A stretch of DNA of 32,000 nucleotides from Bacilli bacterium (GTDB taxonomy: Bacteria > Bacillota_I > Bacilli_A > RF39 > UBA660). The stretch is from positions 6,052 to 38,051 of the forward strand of contig JAFXPU010000023.1 in NCBI GenBank assembly GCA_017527675.1, read 5' to 3'. The translations under genes were made by a program, and so were the position numbers. Positions 17,143-25,688 of the stretch are shown in pieces (the first letter of the stretch is position 1; each line of letters opens with the position of its first letter). The notes under the pieces are model-generated. The model did not search any database, was not told the DNA's origin, and worked only from the letters and a program-made list of their open reading frames with translations.

Positions 17143-17162
17143 GTAAATAATCTACTTTTTTT
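17135..17162 (+). terminator. Hairpin plus T-run overlapping the stop of the LtaS-like gene
   Basis: AAAAGTAG / CTACTTTT stem, 9-nt loop, T-run. The next gene starts 13 nt later, so this may be only a partial terminator. Confidence 0.45.
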
Positions 17163-17174
17163 GAAAGGAGAAAT

Positions 17175-17828
17175 ATGACAACGGTATATTTAATTAGACA
17201 TTCAGTAAGAATGAAAAATAATTTAATTGAAAGTTATAATACTCATCAAGATAAGACTATTCAAAATGAAAAAGTAATATTAAGTGTATTAGGAGAAAGA
17301 AGAGCTGAAATACTAGCTAATGAAGAAGAACTTCAAAATATCGATGTTGTTTATACTAGTAGTTCAGTTAGAACACTTGAGACTGCTAAATATTTAATTG
17401 AAAAACAAAATTTAAAAGTTAATATAGATGAAAGACTAAATGAGCGAGTAGCTGGTATCCCAAATGAAAATGAAGTTGTCGATTGGAAAAAACAATATGA
17501 AGATCCAACATACAAAACTACTAATGGGGAATCTCAATTAGATGTGAGAAAACGTTTTGAAGAATCTTTTAATGAAATTATTAAAAATAATAAAGATAAA
17601 CGTATTGCTATTTTTTCTCATGGTTATGCTATTACATTTTTTTTACTTAAATATTGTAAATTATTACCATTTAAAGATGATAAATTAAATTATGAATATA
17701 ATGGTAAAATATTATTTAATAAAACTATAAATGCTCCAGAAGTATTTAAGATGATAATTGATGGTGATAATGTTATAGATATTGAATTAATTGAATTTGC
17801 TGATTTACCATTTGAATTTGGAGTTTAA
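17175..17828 (+). CDS. Histidine phosphatase family protein (phosphoglycerate mutase-like)
   Basis: N-terminal VYLIRHS catalytic RH motif and a downstream FSHGYAI His motif. SD AAAGGAG. Confidence 0.75.
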   Translation: MTTVYLIRHSVRMKNNLIESYNTHQDKTIQNEKVILSVLGERRAEILANEEELQNIDVVYTSSSVRTLETAKYLIEKQNLKVNIDERLNERVAGIPNENEVVDWKKQYEDPTYKTTNGESQLDVRKRFEESFNEIIKNNKDKRIAIFSHGYAITFFLLKYCKLLPFKDDKLNYEYNGKILFNKTINAPEVFKMIIDGDNVIDIELIEFADLPFEFGV

Positions 17829-17836
17829 ATGACTAA

Positions 17837-17870
17837 AAATAAGTGCATTTTAAAAATGCACTTATTTTTT
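17837..17870 (+). terminator. Rho-independent terminator after the histidine phosphatase gene
   Basis: AAATAAGTGCA (17837-17847) / TGCACTTATTT (17857-17867), followed by TTT. Confidence 0.75.
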
Positions 17871-17929
17871 GCTTGTATGATTGTTTAAAAAAGCCTATAA
17901 TTAAATCGTAAAGCACAGGAAATATTTTT

Positions 17930-17975
17930 AAATGTTAGCTCTGGTTGACAAATTTCCAACTAAATTTGGTAGAAT
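17930..17975 (+). promoter_or_regulatory. Promoter/operator region of the FtsX-type ABC operon (conserved element copy A)
   Basis: TTGACA (17945-17950), 19-nt spacer, TGgTAGAAT (-10 hexamer at 17970-17975). The spacer contains the dyad CCAA-N6-TTGG (17956-17969). A 40-nt block is shared with 21210-21249. Confidence 0.6.
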
Positions 17976-18018
17976 GTTAATATTTAAAAATATATAATTT
18001 TCAAGGAAAGGTGAAAAA

Positions 18019-20490
18019 ATGAAAATAATTTTAAAACACATTTTAAGAAATTTAAAGGAACATAAGATGCGTGCTTTTTTAATATTCTTTTCATTACTAG
18101 TATCTACTTCGGTATTTGTTATTAGTTTAACAATTTCAGATGACTTAACTATAAAAGTAGAAGATACATTAAGAAGTGTATATGGAAATGCTGAAGTACA
18201 AGTTGCAACTGTTGATCCATTTAAACTAGATGATTTAAAAATGAATAAGGATAAATATTCATATTTAGGTATGAGTAGTTTAGATGGTGTAGATGCAAAA
18301 GAAAAACCAATATCTATTTTAGGTATGGATATTGAAAAAGCAGTTGATTTTAAATTACTTGGTAATGATGCTAAAAAACTTGCTTTAAATGAAATATATA
18401 TTAATAAAAATTTAGAGGATAAAGGTTATAAAAAAGGTCAAGTAATAAAATTAAAGTATGAAGATAAAGAATATAATTTAACTATAAAAGGTGTAATAGA
18501 AAATAAAGGTATTGCTTCTATAAGACCAGATGATGATACATTCTTTGCATCAATTGAGACAGTAAATTCTATTAAAAATATAGAAGATGGTAACTACGAC
18601 ACTATTTATTTTGATCTTAAGAATAATAATAAAATAGGTGAATTTGTTGATTATATAAAAGATCATAATGATAATTATATGGTTGCTAAAACAGTTGATA
18701 TGGAATCAATTAAAGAAGCAACAAGTATGATTAGTACTATTATGTATTTAATATTATTAATGGCAACTATCATGATTTATTTTGTTATTAGTTCATTAAA
18801 TAAAATAATCTTAGCAGAGCGTATACCAGTTATTGGAACTTTTAGATCAGTTGGGGCATCAAGAACTAAGATGAATTTAATATTAGTTTTAGAAAATGCT
18901 TTATATGGAATATTTGCTGGTTTATTTGGAGCTATTATCGGAACATATTTAGATAGTTACTGTTCATCAGTATTTATTACAGCTGATGGTATAGACGTTG
19001 CTAAATCATCTGTATCTCTTTCAGTGGGTACAATATTAATTGGTATTTTATTTGCTACATTATTACAAATTATTATTGTTGTTAAAGAAATAATAAGAAC
19101 TAATAAAAAACCAATTAAAGATTTAATATTTAATACCCAAAATTCAAGATATAAAATGCGCAAAAAAAGAACTGTAATTGGATTTATCTTATTAATATCA
19201 TCAATTATATTATTTGTGTTAATTAAAAATATAGATATGTTAACTATAGGTGTTTTACTAATATGCTTTATAGTAGGTGTTGCTAATACACTTCCTTTAA
19301 TATTCCAATTAATATCAAAATGCCTTGCCTATATATTTAAAAAGATAGGTTGGTCTACTGGTATTATTACTTCCAAAAATATTGGCTATAATAAAATGAT
19401 TATCTCATCATCACGTTTAGTTGTTATAGCTATATCACTTTTATCATCAATTATTCTGATGTCAAAAGCAACTGCTGATTGTTTTACAGGTTTTAGAGAA
19501 GTAACTAAAAATGTAGATTTAATGATATCTAATCCACATAAATCATCAGAGGAATATGATTATTTAAATGATATAGATGGTGTTAAGGAAGTGCAATTTT
19601 TAAATAGCTATTTTGCTGATGATATAACATATACTAAGGGTAAAAATAAAAATAAAAAATTCAATCTTCCTCCAGGTTTCTATGCTGAAAAGGAAAGAAA
19701 AAATGTTTATATTGAAGAAATAGATTATAAAATAAGTGATCTTAAAGATGATGAAATCTTATTTGACGAAAAATATGCTTTTAAAAATAATATTAAAAAA
19801 GGTGACAAAATAACAATGCATTTTGGAACACTTAAAAAATCATATACTTATACTGTAAAAGGATTTGTTAATGCATCCAACTTTAATGTATCAAGAAATA
19901 TGGTAGTAGTATCATACAATCATTTAATAAATGATTTAAATGGTATTCCAATGCAATTACATATTGTCTTAGATAAAGGGTACGATCCAGATGAGATGAA
20001 AGATGTTGTACATGATGCTATGAAAGAAGTAGGCATTTATGTACAAACAACAGAAGAATATATTTCTGAACAAGAAGGCCAAGTAGCAGGTATAATTGCT
20101 ATTGTATATTTAGTAATTGGTATATCAGTAACCCTTGCATTTATAGGTATTTTAAATAATCAAGTAATTGGTTTTATTAATAGACGCAAAGAAATAGCAA
20201 TTTTAAATTCTACATGCATGAATAAAACCCAAATAAAGAAGATGCTTGCTTTAGAAACAATTTTATCTAATTTCATTTCATTATTTATTGCTACAATTGT
20301 TTCATTTATAACAACAATTTTTGTAAATAATTTTATGATGAATATAGGACTTTATTTAAATATTAAATATGATTTTATGACTGTATTTAAGTTTGAATTA
20401 ATTGTATACATATTACTATTGTTAACATTATTTGTACCATTTAGAAAATTAAAAAAGATGAACATCGTTGATGAAATAAAATATGAATAG
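18019..20490 (+). CDS. ABC transporter permease, double FtsX-domain (MacB-like) type
   Basis: 823 aa. Two TM clusters, each preceded by a large soluble domain. FtsX-like loops ERIPVIGTFRSVGASRTKM and RRKEIAILNSTCMNKTQI. Confidence 0.85.
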   Translation: MKIILKHILRNLKEHKMRAFLIFFSLLVSTSVFVISLTISDDLTIKVEDTLRSVYGNAEVQVATVDPFKLDDLKMNKDKYSYLGMSSLDGVDAKEKPISILGMDIEKAVDFKLLGNDAKKLALNEIYINKNLEDKGYKKGQVIKLKYEDKEYNLTIKGVIENKGIASIRPDDDTFFASIETVNSIKNIEDGNYDTIYFDLKNNNKIGEFVDYIKDHNDNYMVAKTVDMESIKEATSMISTIMYLILLMATIMIYFVISSLNKIILAERIPVIGTFRSVGASRTKMNLILVLENALYGIFAGLFGAIIGTYLDSYCSSVFITADGIDVAKSSVSLSVGTILIGILFATLLQIIIVVKEIIRTNKKPIKDLIFNTQNSRYKMRKKRTVIGFILLISSIILFVLIKNIDMLTIGVLLICFIVGVANTLPLIFQLISKCLAYIFKKIGWSTGIITSKNIGYNKMIISSSRLVVIAISLLSSIILMSKATADCFTGFREVTKNVDLMISNPHKSSEEYDYLNDIDGVKEVQFLNSYFADDITYTKGKNKNKKFNLPPGFYAEKERKNVYIEEIDYKISDLKDDEILFDEKYAFKNNIKKGDKITMHFGTLKKSYTYTVKGFVNASNFNVSRNMVVVSYNHLINDLNGIPMQLHIVLDKGYDPDEMKDVVHDAMKEVGIYVQTTEEYISEQEGQVAGIIAIVYLVIGISVTLAFIGILNNQVIGFINRRKEIAILNSTCMNKTQIKKMLALETILSNFISLFIATIVSFITTIFVNNFMMNIGLYLNIKYDFMTVFKFELIVYILLLLTLFVPFRKLKKMNIVDEIKYE

Positions 20491-20499
20491 GAGGATTAT

Positions 20500-21168
20500 A
20501 TGAGTATTATTAAAATAGATAAATTAGTTAAAAACTTCGGTAAGGGAGAAAACGAAGTAAAAGTATTAAAAGGATTAAACTTTGAAATTGAAAAAGGTGA
20601 ATTCGTATCATTAATGGGTGCATCAGGTTCTGGTAAATCGACTTTACTATATTTAATAGGCGGACTAGATAAACCAACATCAGGTACTGTTTATATTAAT
20701 GATAAAGATATAAATACCTTAAAAGAAAAAGAGATGGCTAAATTAAGAAGAAAAGATATTGGATTTGTATTTCAATTCTATAATTTGGTTCAAAATTTAA
20801 CAGTTGAAGAAAATATTATGTTACCTGTTGTTATGGATGGAAAAAAAGAAAAAGACTATAAAGATAGATTAGATAAAATATTATCAATTATAGGCTTATC
20901 TGATAAAAGAAAAAATTTACCTAATGAACTATCTGGTGGTCAACAGCAAAGAGTATCAATTGCTCGTGCGATGATCTTATCTCCAAATATTATTCTAGCT
21001 GATGAACCAATTGGTAACTTAGATTCTAAATCTGGTAAAGAAGTTATGGATTTATTTAAAAAGATTAATAAAGAAGAGGGTATTACAATATTACAAGTAA
21101 CCCACTCTGAAGAATCTGCTAAATATGGTAATCGTATTATTAGATTAAAAGATGGTGAAATAATATAA
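20500..21168 (+). CDS. ABC transporter ATP-binding protein (MacB/LolD-like)
   Basis: Walker A GASGSGKST, signature LSGGQQQRV, Walker B ILADEP. SD AGGAGG. Lies 9 nt after the permease gene. Confidence 0.92.
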   Translation: MSIIKIDKLVKNFGKGENEVKVLKGLNFEIEKGEFVSLMGASGSGKSTLLYLIGGLDKPTSGTVYINDKDINTLKEKEMAKLRRKDIGFVFQFYNLVQNLTVEENIMLPVVMDGKKEKDYKDRLDKILSIIGLSDKRKNLPNELSGGQQQRVSIARAMILSPNIILADEPIGNLDSKSGKEVMDLFKKINKEEGITILQVTHSEESAKYGNRIIRLKDGEII

Positions 21169-21170
21169 AA

Positions 21171-21196
21171 AAGATAGAAAAATCTATCTTTTTTTA
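21171..21196 (+). terminator. Rho-independent terminator after the FtsX-type ABC operon
   Basis: AAGATAGA (21171-21178) / TCTATCTT (21183-21190), loop AAAA, then a T-run. Confidence 0.7.
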
Positions 21197-21209
21197 TATT
21201 ATTCTTGTA

Positions 21210-21249
21210 AAATGTTAAATGTAGTTGACAAATTTCCAATGTTAATTGG
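21210..21249 (+). promoter_or_regulatory. Conserved element copy B upstream of the ABC-2 operon
   Basis: 31 of 40 positions identical to 17930-17969 by hand alignment, including an exact 16-mer GTTGACAAATTTCCAA (21224-21239) and the dyad CCAA-N6-TTGG (21236-21249). Confidence 0.55.
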
Positions 21250-21295
21250 TGGTGCGCAACTAAAAAAAATGCTATATTTTTAATGAGGTGAAGAA

Positions 21296-22237
21296 ATGGA
21301 AAAGGTAATAGAAGTTAAAGATTTAACTAAAGAGTATAATAAAGGTATTAAAGCCGTTGATAATTTATCATTAAATGTTTATAAGGGTGAAATATTAGGA
21401 TTACTTGGTCCTAATGGATCTGGTAAATCAACTACAATTAATTGCATCTTATCTTTATTAAATTATAGTAAAGGATCAATTAAAATATTTGGTAAGGAAA
21501 TGAATCCAAATAGTTATGATATTAAATCACAAATTGGCGTAGTATTTCAAGATGTATCTGTATTTGATGAATTAACAGTTTATGAAAACTTGGATTATTT
21601 TTGTGGTTTATATATTAAAGATAAAAAATTAAGAAAACAATATATAGAAGATGCTATTGAATTAGTAGGATTAACAGAATTTAAAAAATATTATCCAAAA
21701 CAATTATCAGGTGGTTTATTAAGAAGATTAAATATAGCTTGTGGTATAGCTCATAAACCAAAATTAATATTCTTTGATGAACCGACTGTAGCAGTTGATC
21801 CACAAAGCCGTAATAACATCTTAAATGGTATTAAAAAATTAAGAGATAATGGAGCCACTATCGTTTATACTACTCATTATATGGAAGAAGTTGAAACATT
21901 GTGTGATCGTATTATTATCTTAGATAAAGGAAATATTTTAGCAAGAGGTACTTCTGATGAATTAAAAGAATTAGCTGAGATAGAAGAAAAGATTACTGTT
22001 GAAGTCAATAACTTGGATGTTAAATATATTGAAAAAATATCTGAATTAAAAAATGTTGATGTTGTTACTTATAGTGCTAATACCTTATTAATAACTTATA
22101 AAAAAGGCAAAAATAATATTTCTGATATGGTAGAGTTTTTAAAGAATAATAAAATTAAATATAATAAAATATTCTCTGAACGTCCAACTCTAAATGATGT
22201 GTTCTTGGAATTAACTGGTAAGGAATTAAGAGATTAA
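21296..22237 (+). CDS. ABC transporter ATP-binding protein (ABC-2/DrrA-like subfamily)
   Basis: Walker A GPNGSGKST, signature LSGGLLRR, Walker B LIFFDEPT. About 90-aa C-terminal extension. Confidence 0.9.
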   Translation: MEKVIEVKDLTKEYNKGIKAVDNLSLNVYKGEILGLLGPNGSGKSTTINCILSLLNYSKGSIKIFGKEMNPNSYDIKSQIGVVFQDVSVFDELTVYENLDYFCGLYIKDKKLRKQYIEDAIELVGLTEFKKYYPKQLSGGLLRRLNIACGIAHKPKLIFFDEPTVAVDPQSRNNILNGIKKLRDNGATIVYTTHYMEEVETLCDRIIILDKGNILARGTSDELKELAEIEEKITVEVNNLDVKYIEKISELKNVDVVTYSANTLLITYKKGKNNISDMVEFLKNNKIKYNKIFSERPTLNDVFLELTGKELRD

Positions 22238-23385
22238 TGTTTTTACATAATTTTAAATATACATTTAAAACACTATTTAGAAATAGAGGATTAATATTTT
22301 GGACAGTTGCCTTTCCAGTTATAATGGCCACTTTCTTTCATATGGCTTTTGCTGATATTATTGAAAGTGATAAATTAAAAGTTATTGATATGGCTATTGT
22401 TTCAAATGAAGAATTTGAAAACAATATATTATATAAAAAGACATTTACAAGTTTATCTGATGAAAAGAATAAAGATAGATTATTTAATATTACTTATACA
22501 AGTAAAGATAAAGCAAAAAAATTATTAGAAGATGATAAGATAGAAGGATATTTAGAACTTAAAAATAATAAACCATATCTTACATTTCAAGCTAATGGTA
22601 TAAACCAAACAATTATTAAATATGTAGTTGATGAAGTACATGATACAGAAAAAATATTTTTAATGAATGCTGATTTAGATAATAGTTTAGGTACTATTTC
22701 AGCTGATATAGAAAATTATTTAAATAATAATAAAGTTGAACTTAAAAACATAGCTAATTCTAATTTAAATTATATGATGATTGAATATTACACTTTAATA
22801 GCTATGACCTGTTTATATGCAGGTTGTCTTGGTATGGTTGCTATTGATAATTCACTTCCATATTTAAAAGGTAATGGAAAAAGAATAACAGTATCACCAA
22901 CTAAAAAGATATCTATTATATTAAGTAGTTTATTAGCAGGTTATATAGTTCAATTAATCTCTTTAGGTTTATTATTTTTCTATACAATTTGTATATTAAA
23001 TGTTGATTATGGAAATCATATTGGTCATATTATTTTATTATCATTAGTAGGATCAATTGCTGGTATTTCTTTAGGCGTTTTAGTAGGTGCTTATATTAAG
23101 GCTAGTGATAATGTTAAATCTGGTATTTTAATTGCTATTACCATGGCAGGATGTTTCTTAGCTGGTATTATGGGTGTTGGCATGAAATACGTCATTGATA
23201 AAAACTTACCATTACTTAATAAAATAAATCCGGCAAATATGATTACAGATGGATTTTACTCATTATATTACTATACAGATTTTCATAGATATTGGATTGA
23301 TATAATTAGTCTATTAATATTTACATTAATAACAATAATATTATCATGTAATAAGATAGGGAGGGCTAAATATGACAGTATTTAA
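22237..23385 (+). CDS. ABC-2 type transporter permease
   Basis: 382 aa. One N-terminal TM, a large loop, then about 5 C-terminal TMs. Start overlaps the upstream stop (TAATG). Confidence 0.8.
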   Translation: MFLHNFKYTFKTLFRNRGLIFWTVAFPVIMATFFHMAFADIIESDKLKVIDMAIVSNEEFENNILYKKTFTSLSDEKNKDRLFNITYTSKDKAKKLLEDDKIEGYLELKNNKPYLTFQANGINQTIIKYVVDEVHDTEKIFLMNADLDNSLGTISADIENYLNNNKVELKNIANSNLNYMMIEYYTLIAMTCLYAGCLGMVAIDNSLPYLKGNGKRITVSPTKKISIILSSLLAGYIVQLISLGLLFFYTICILNVDYGNHIGHIILLSLVGSIAGISLGVLVGAYIKASDNVKSGILIAITMAGCFLAGIMGVGMKYVIDKNLPLLNKINPANMITDGFYSLYYYTDFHRYWIDIISLLIFTLITIILSCNKIGRAKYDSI

Positions 23386-24520
23386 AACATACCTTAAGAT
23401 ATTACGCAAAAACATCGTAATGGTTATCATATTTACTTTCTTATTAGTCTTATTTGGTGGTTTAAGCATGAGTTCGCAAGATAAATCATTATCTTTTTCA
23501 GCTATTAAACCTGATATTATAATTATAAATAATGATGAGAAGATAGGTATTACAAAAGGATTTATAGATTATTTAAAAGAAAATAGTAATACACCTAGTG
23601 TAAAAAATACAGAAGAAGCTTTAAATGATGCATTATTTTATAATGATACAGACTATATTATTTATATACCAAAAGGTTTTAATGAAGATTTTATGAGTGG
23701 CAAGATAGATCATATAGATGTTAAAAAAGCTGATAATTTTAACGCATCATATTCAGATATGCTGATTAATAGATATTTAAATATAGCATCTATTTATAAA
23801 GATAAAGTAAGTAACCAAGATGAATTAGTAAAAGTAGTAAATAAAACACTAAAAAATGATACAAAGATTAATATAACTACTAAATTAGATACAACTAGTT
23901 TAGAAAAAGCTCAATTCTTTTTTGATTTTGAAAGTTATAGTATGTTAGTATGTTTAATATTTATTATTAGCTTAATACTATCTATTTTTAATGAAGAAAA
24001 AATAAGAAAGAGAAATGTTATAAGTAGTAGTAGTTATAAAAGAAATAATCGTATTTTATTGCTAGCTAATTTGTTATATGCTTTTGTCCTTTGGATAATA
24101 TATTTTGGTTTAGCTTTAATATTATTAGGTGATATCATATGGACAAGTAATGGTATATTATATGTTATTAATTCCTTTGTTCATTTAATTACAATTACTA
24201 GTTTAGCTTTCTTAATAGGTAATGTAGTAACAAATAAAGATGCTGTAAATGGCATTACAAATATTATTGCTTTAGGTACATCTTTTTTCTGTGGTGTGTT
24301 TGTACCACTTGCATATTTACCAGATAGTGTTATTAAAATAGCACATTGTTTACCAACATATTACTATGTTAAATCAAATAGTATTATAACTAGTTTAGAA
24401 GAAATTAATTTTAATACATTACAACCAGTTTTAATCAATATGGCTATTTTAATTAGTTTTGCTATTTTATTTGTAATCTTAAGTAATATAGTATCAAATA
24501 AAAGAAGAAAAATAGGATAA
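23372..24520 (+). CDS. ABC-2 type transporter permease (second subunit)
   Basis: 382 aa with the same topology as the preceding gene. 14-nt overlap with it. SD GGGAGGG. Confidence 0.8.
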   Translation: MTVFKTYLKILRKNIVMVIIFTFLLVLFGGLSMSSQDKSLSFSAIKPDIIIINNDEKIGITKGFIDYLKENSNTPSVKNTEEALNDALFYNDTDYIIYIPKGFNEDFMSGKIDHIDVKKADNFNASYSDMLINRYLNIASIYKDKVSNQDELVKVVNKTLKNDTKINITTKLDTTSLEKAQFFFDFESYSMLVCLIFIISLILSIFNEEKIRKRNVISSSSYKRNNRILLLANLLYAFVLWIIYFGLALILLGDIIWTSNGILYVINSFVHLITITSLAFLIGNVVTNKDAVNGITNIIALGTSFFCGVFVPLAYLPDSVIKIAHCLPTYYYVKSNSIITSLEEINFNTLQPVLINMAILISFAILFVILSNIVSNKRRKIG

Positions 24521-24524
24521 AAAA

Positions 24525-24556
24525 CTTGTCAAATGATAAGTTTTTTATTTGACAAG
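24525..24556 (+). terminator. Hairpin after the ABC-2 operon
   Basis: 10-bp stem CTTGTCAAAT (24525-24534) / ATTTGACAAG (24547-24556), 12-nt loop. The T-tail is weak. Confidence 0.45.
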
Positions 24557-24576
24557 TACTATTTATTTGGTATAAA
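24549..24576 (+). promoter_or_regulatory. Putative promoter TTGACA-16-TGgTATAAA for the gene at 24602
   Basis: The -35 box (24549-24554) lies in the 3' arm of the upstream hairpin. The extended -10 ends at 24576. Confidence 0.5.
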
Positions 24577-24601
24577 ATTAGAGTACATAAGGAGGTTTGT
24601 T

Positions 24602-25066
24602 ATGGGAATAAATGGATTAAACGAGAAAGATCGTAAAGATTTAGCTATGTTATATTCATCATGTAATGAAAAACGTGATGAAATTGACCCACAAACTGCT
24701 GGATTAATTATTTTTGAAATGATGCTTCGTAAATGTCATAAATTTGGCTATGATGTTGAACTACAAAGGGTATCTCCTGATGATTCTATTTTTACTACAA
24801 GTTATATTAGTAAAGATGCTGATGGTAGTTACGTATATGTTGGTTTTGAACAAGGTGATGCAGTAGACCATATGCCAATGATATCAGTTTATGATAATGA
24901 AAAATATTCAAGTATTGAATTTTCTTTTAATGGTTTATATGAAAGTTTAAGAAGTCATAATTATACAGATGAAGAAAGAAAAAAATATGTTGATTTTATT
25001 CAATCAAAAATTGCTGAGGCAGCAGAAAAAAGAAATGAAGAATCAACTATAAAAAACAGATTATAA
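24602..25066 (+). CDS. Hypothetical acidic cytoplasmic protein
   Basis: ATG 24602 follows AAGGAGG. The track start 24533 lies inside a hairpin/promoter. No recognisable motif. Confidence 0.6.
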   Translation: MGINGLNEKDRKDLAMLYSSCNEKRDEIDPQTAGLIIFEMMLRKCHKFGYDVELQRVSPDDSIFTTSYISKDADGSYVYVGFEQGDAVDHMPMISVYDNEKYSSIEFSFNGLYESLRSHNYTDEERKKYVDFIQSKIAEAAEKRNEESTIKNRL

Positions 25067-25077
25067 TCTGTTTTTTT
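25051..25077 (+). terminator. Rho-independent terminator overlapping the stop of the gene at 24602
   Basis: AAAAACAGAT / ATCTGTTTTT stem, loop TATA, then a T-run. Confidence 0.65.
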
Positions 25078-25103
25078 ATAGTTATGTTAGAATAGGTGAA
25101 TTA

Positions 25104-25673
25104 ATGAATTTAGATGAATATAAAAAAGAAATGGAAGATATATTAGTAAATAAAAAAGAACAAATGGAAAAATGTGATCATTTATTCATTAAATTAGAAG
25201 AAGGTAAAAATTTTCAGGGATATTATTTAAAAGATTGTTATTATATGCCATGCAAAGTGGAATGTGTATTATGTGGTTTAACTAATAAATATAAAGCTGA
25301 GTCTAAATACTATGAAACTAAAGATGGTTATTTGCTTAAGCCAAACTTATTTTCTAATAGAGTTGTTAAATTAAATAATATGGTGTTTTCATCACAATTT
25401 TCAAGATATTATTCTAAAGATAAAAAGAGTTTTGATGAAAGTGTGTTTAACTTAATGAAAGATGAAGTATTAAATACTGATCATGCTATATATTTATATC
25501 GAAGAGCTGCTGATTTACGATTGGATTTTGGAAATGATGATTTATTTGAGATAATGAAAATACTAAATGATATTGATTATGAAAAATTAAAAGATATGGA
25601 TGATGATGAATTAACTAGTATAGTTATTGATAAAAGAATAAAAGTAAAAACAAAAAATAGAGGAAATAATTAA
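25104..25673 (+). CDS. Hypothetical protein with a Cys cluster (C-x4-C-x3-C-x2-C)
   Basis: 189 aa. KDCYYMPCKVECVLCG suggests a small metal-binding knuckle. SD AGGTGA. Confidence 0.6.
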   Translation: MNLDEYKKEMEDILVNKKEQMEKCDHLFIKLEEGKNFQGYYLKDCYYMPCKVECVLCGLTNKYKAESKYYETKDGYLLKPNLFSNRVVKLNNMVFSSQFSRYYSKDKKSFDESVFNLMKDEVLNTDHAIYLYRRAADLRLDFGNDDLFEIMKILNDIDYEKLKDMDDDELTSIVIDKRIKVKTKNRGNN

Positions 25674-25688
25674 TTTCTTCTATTTTTT
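25651..25688. terminator. Bidirectional terminator spanning the stop codons of two convergent genes
   Basis: TAGAGGAAAT (25658-25667) / ATTTCTTCTA (25673-25682), 10 bp with one G-T pair. A-run upstream, T-run downstream. Confidence 0.55.

Noticed and set aside
21269-21283. A mini-ORF, ATG CTA TAT TTT TAA (MLYF), just upstream of the ABC-2 operon SD. It could be a leader peptide for attenuation.
   Set aside because: There is no SD in front of it and no alternative hairpins linking it to the downstream RBS. Such short ORFs are frequent by chance in AT-rich DNA.
25085-25093. TGtTAGAAT as the promoter of the gene at 25104.
   Set aside because: The box directly abuts the SD, so a transcript started from it would lack the SD. 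I kept it only as an example in the compact-architecture finding, not as a called feature.
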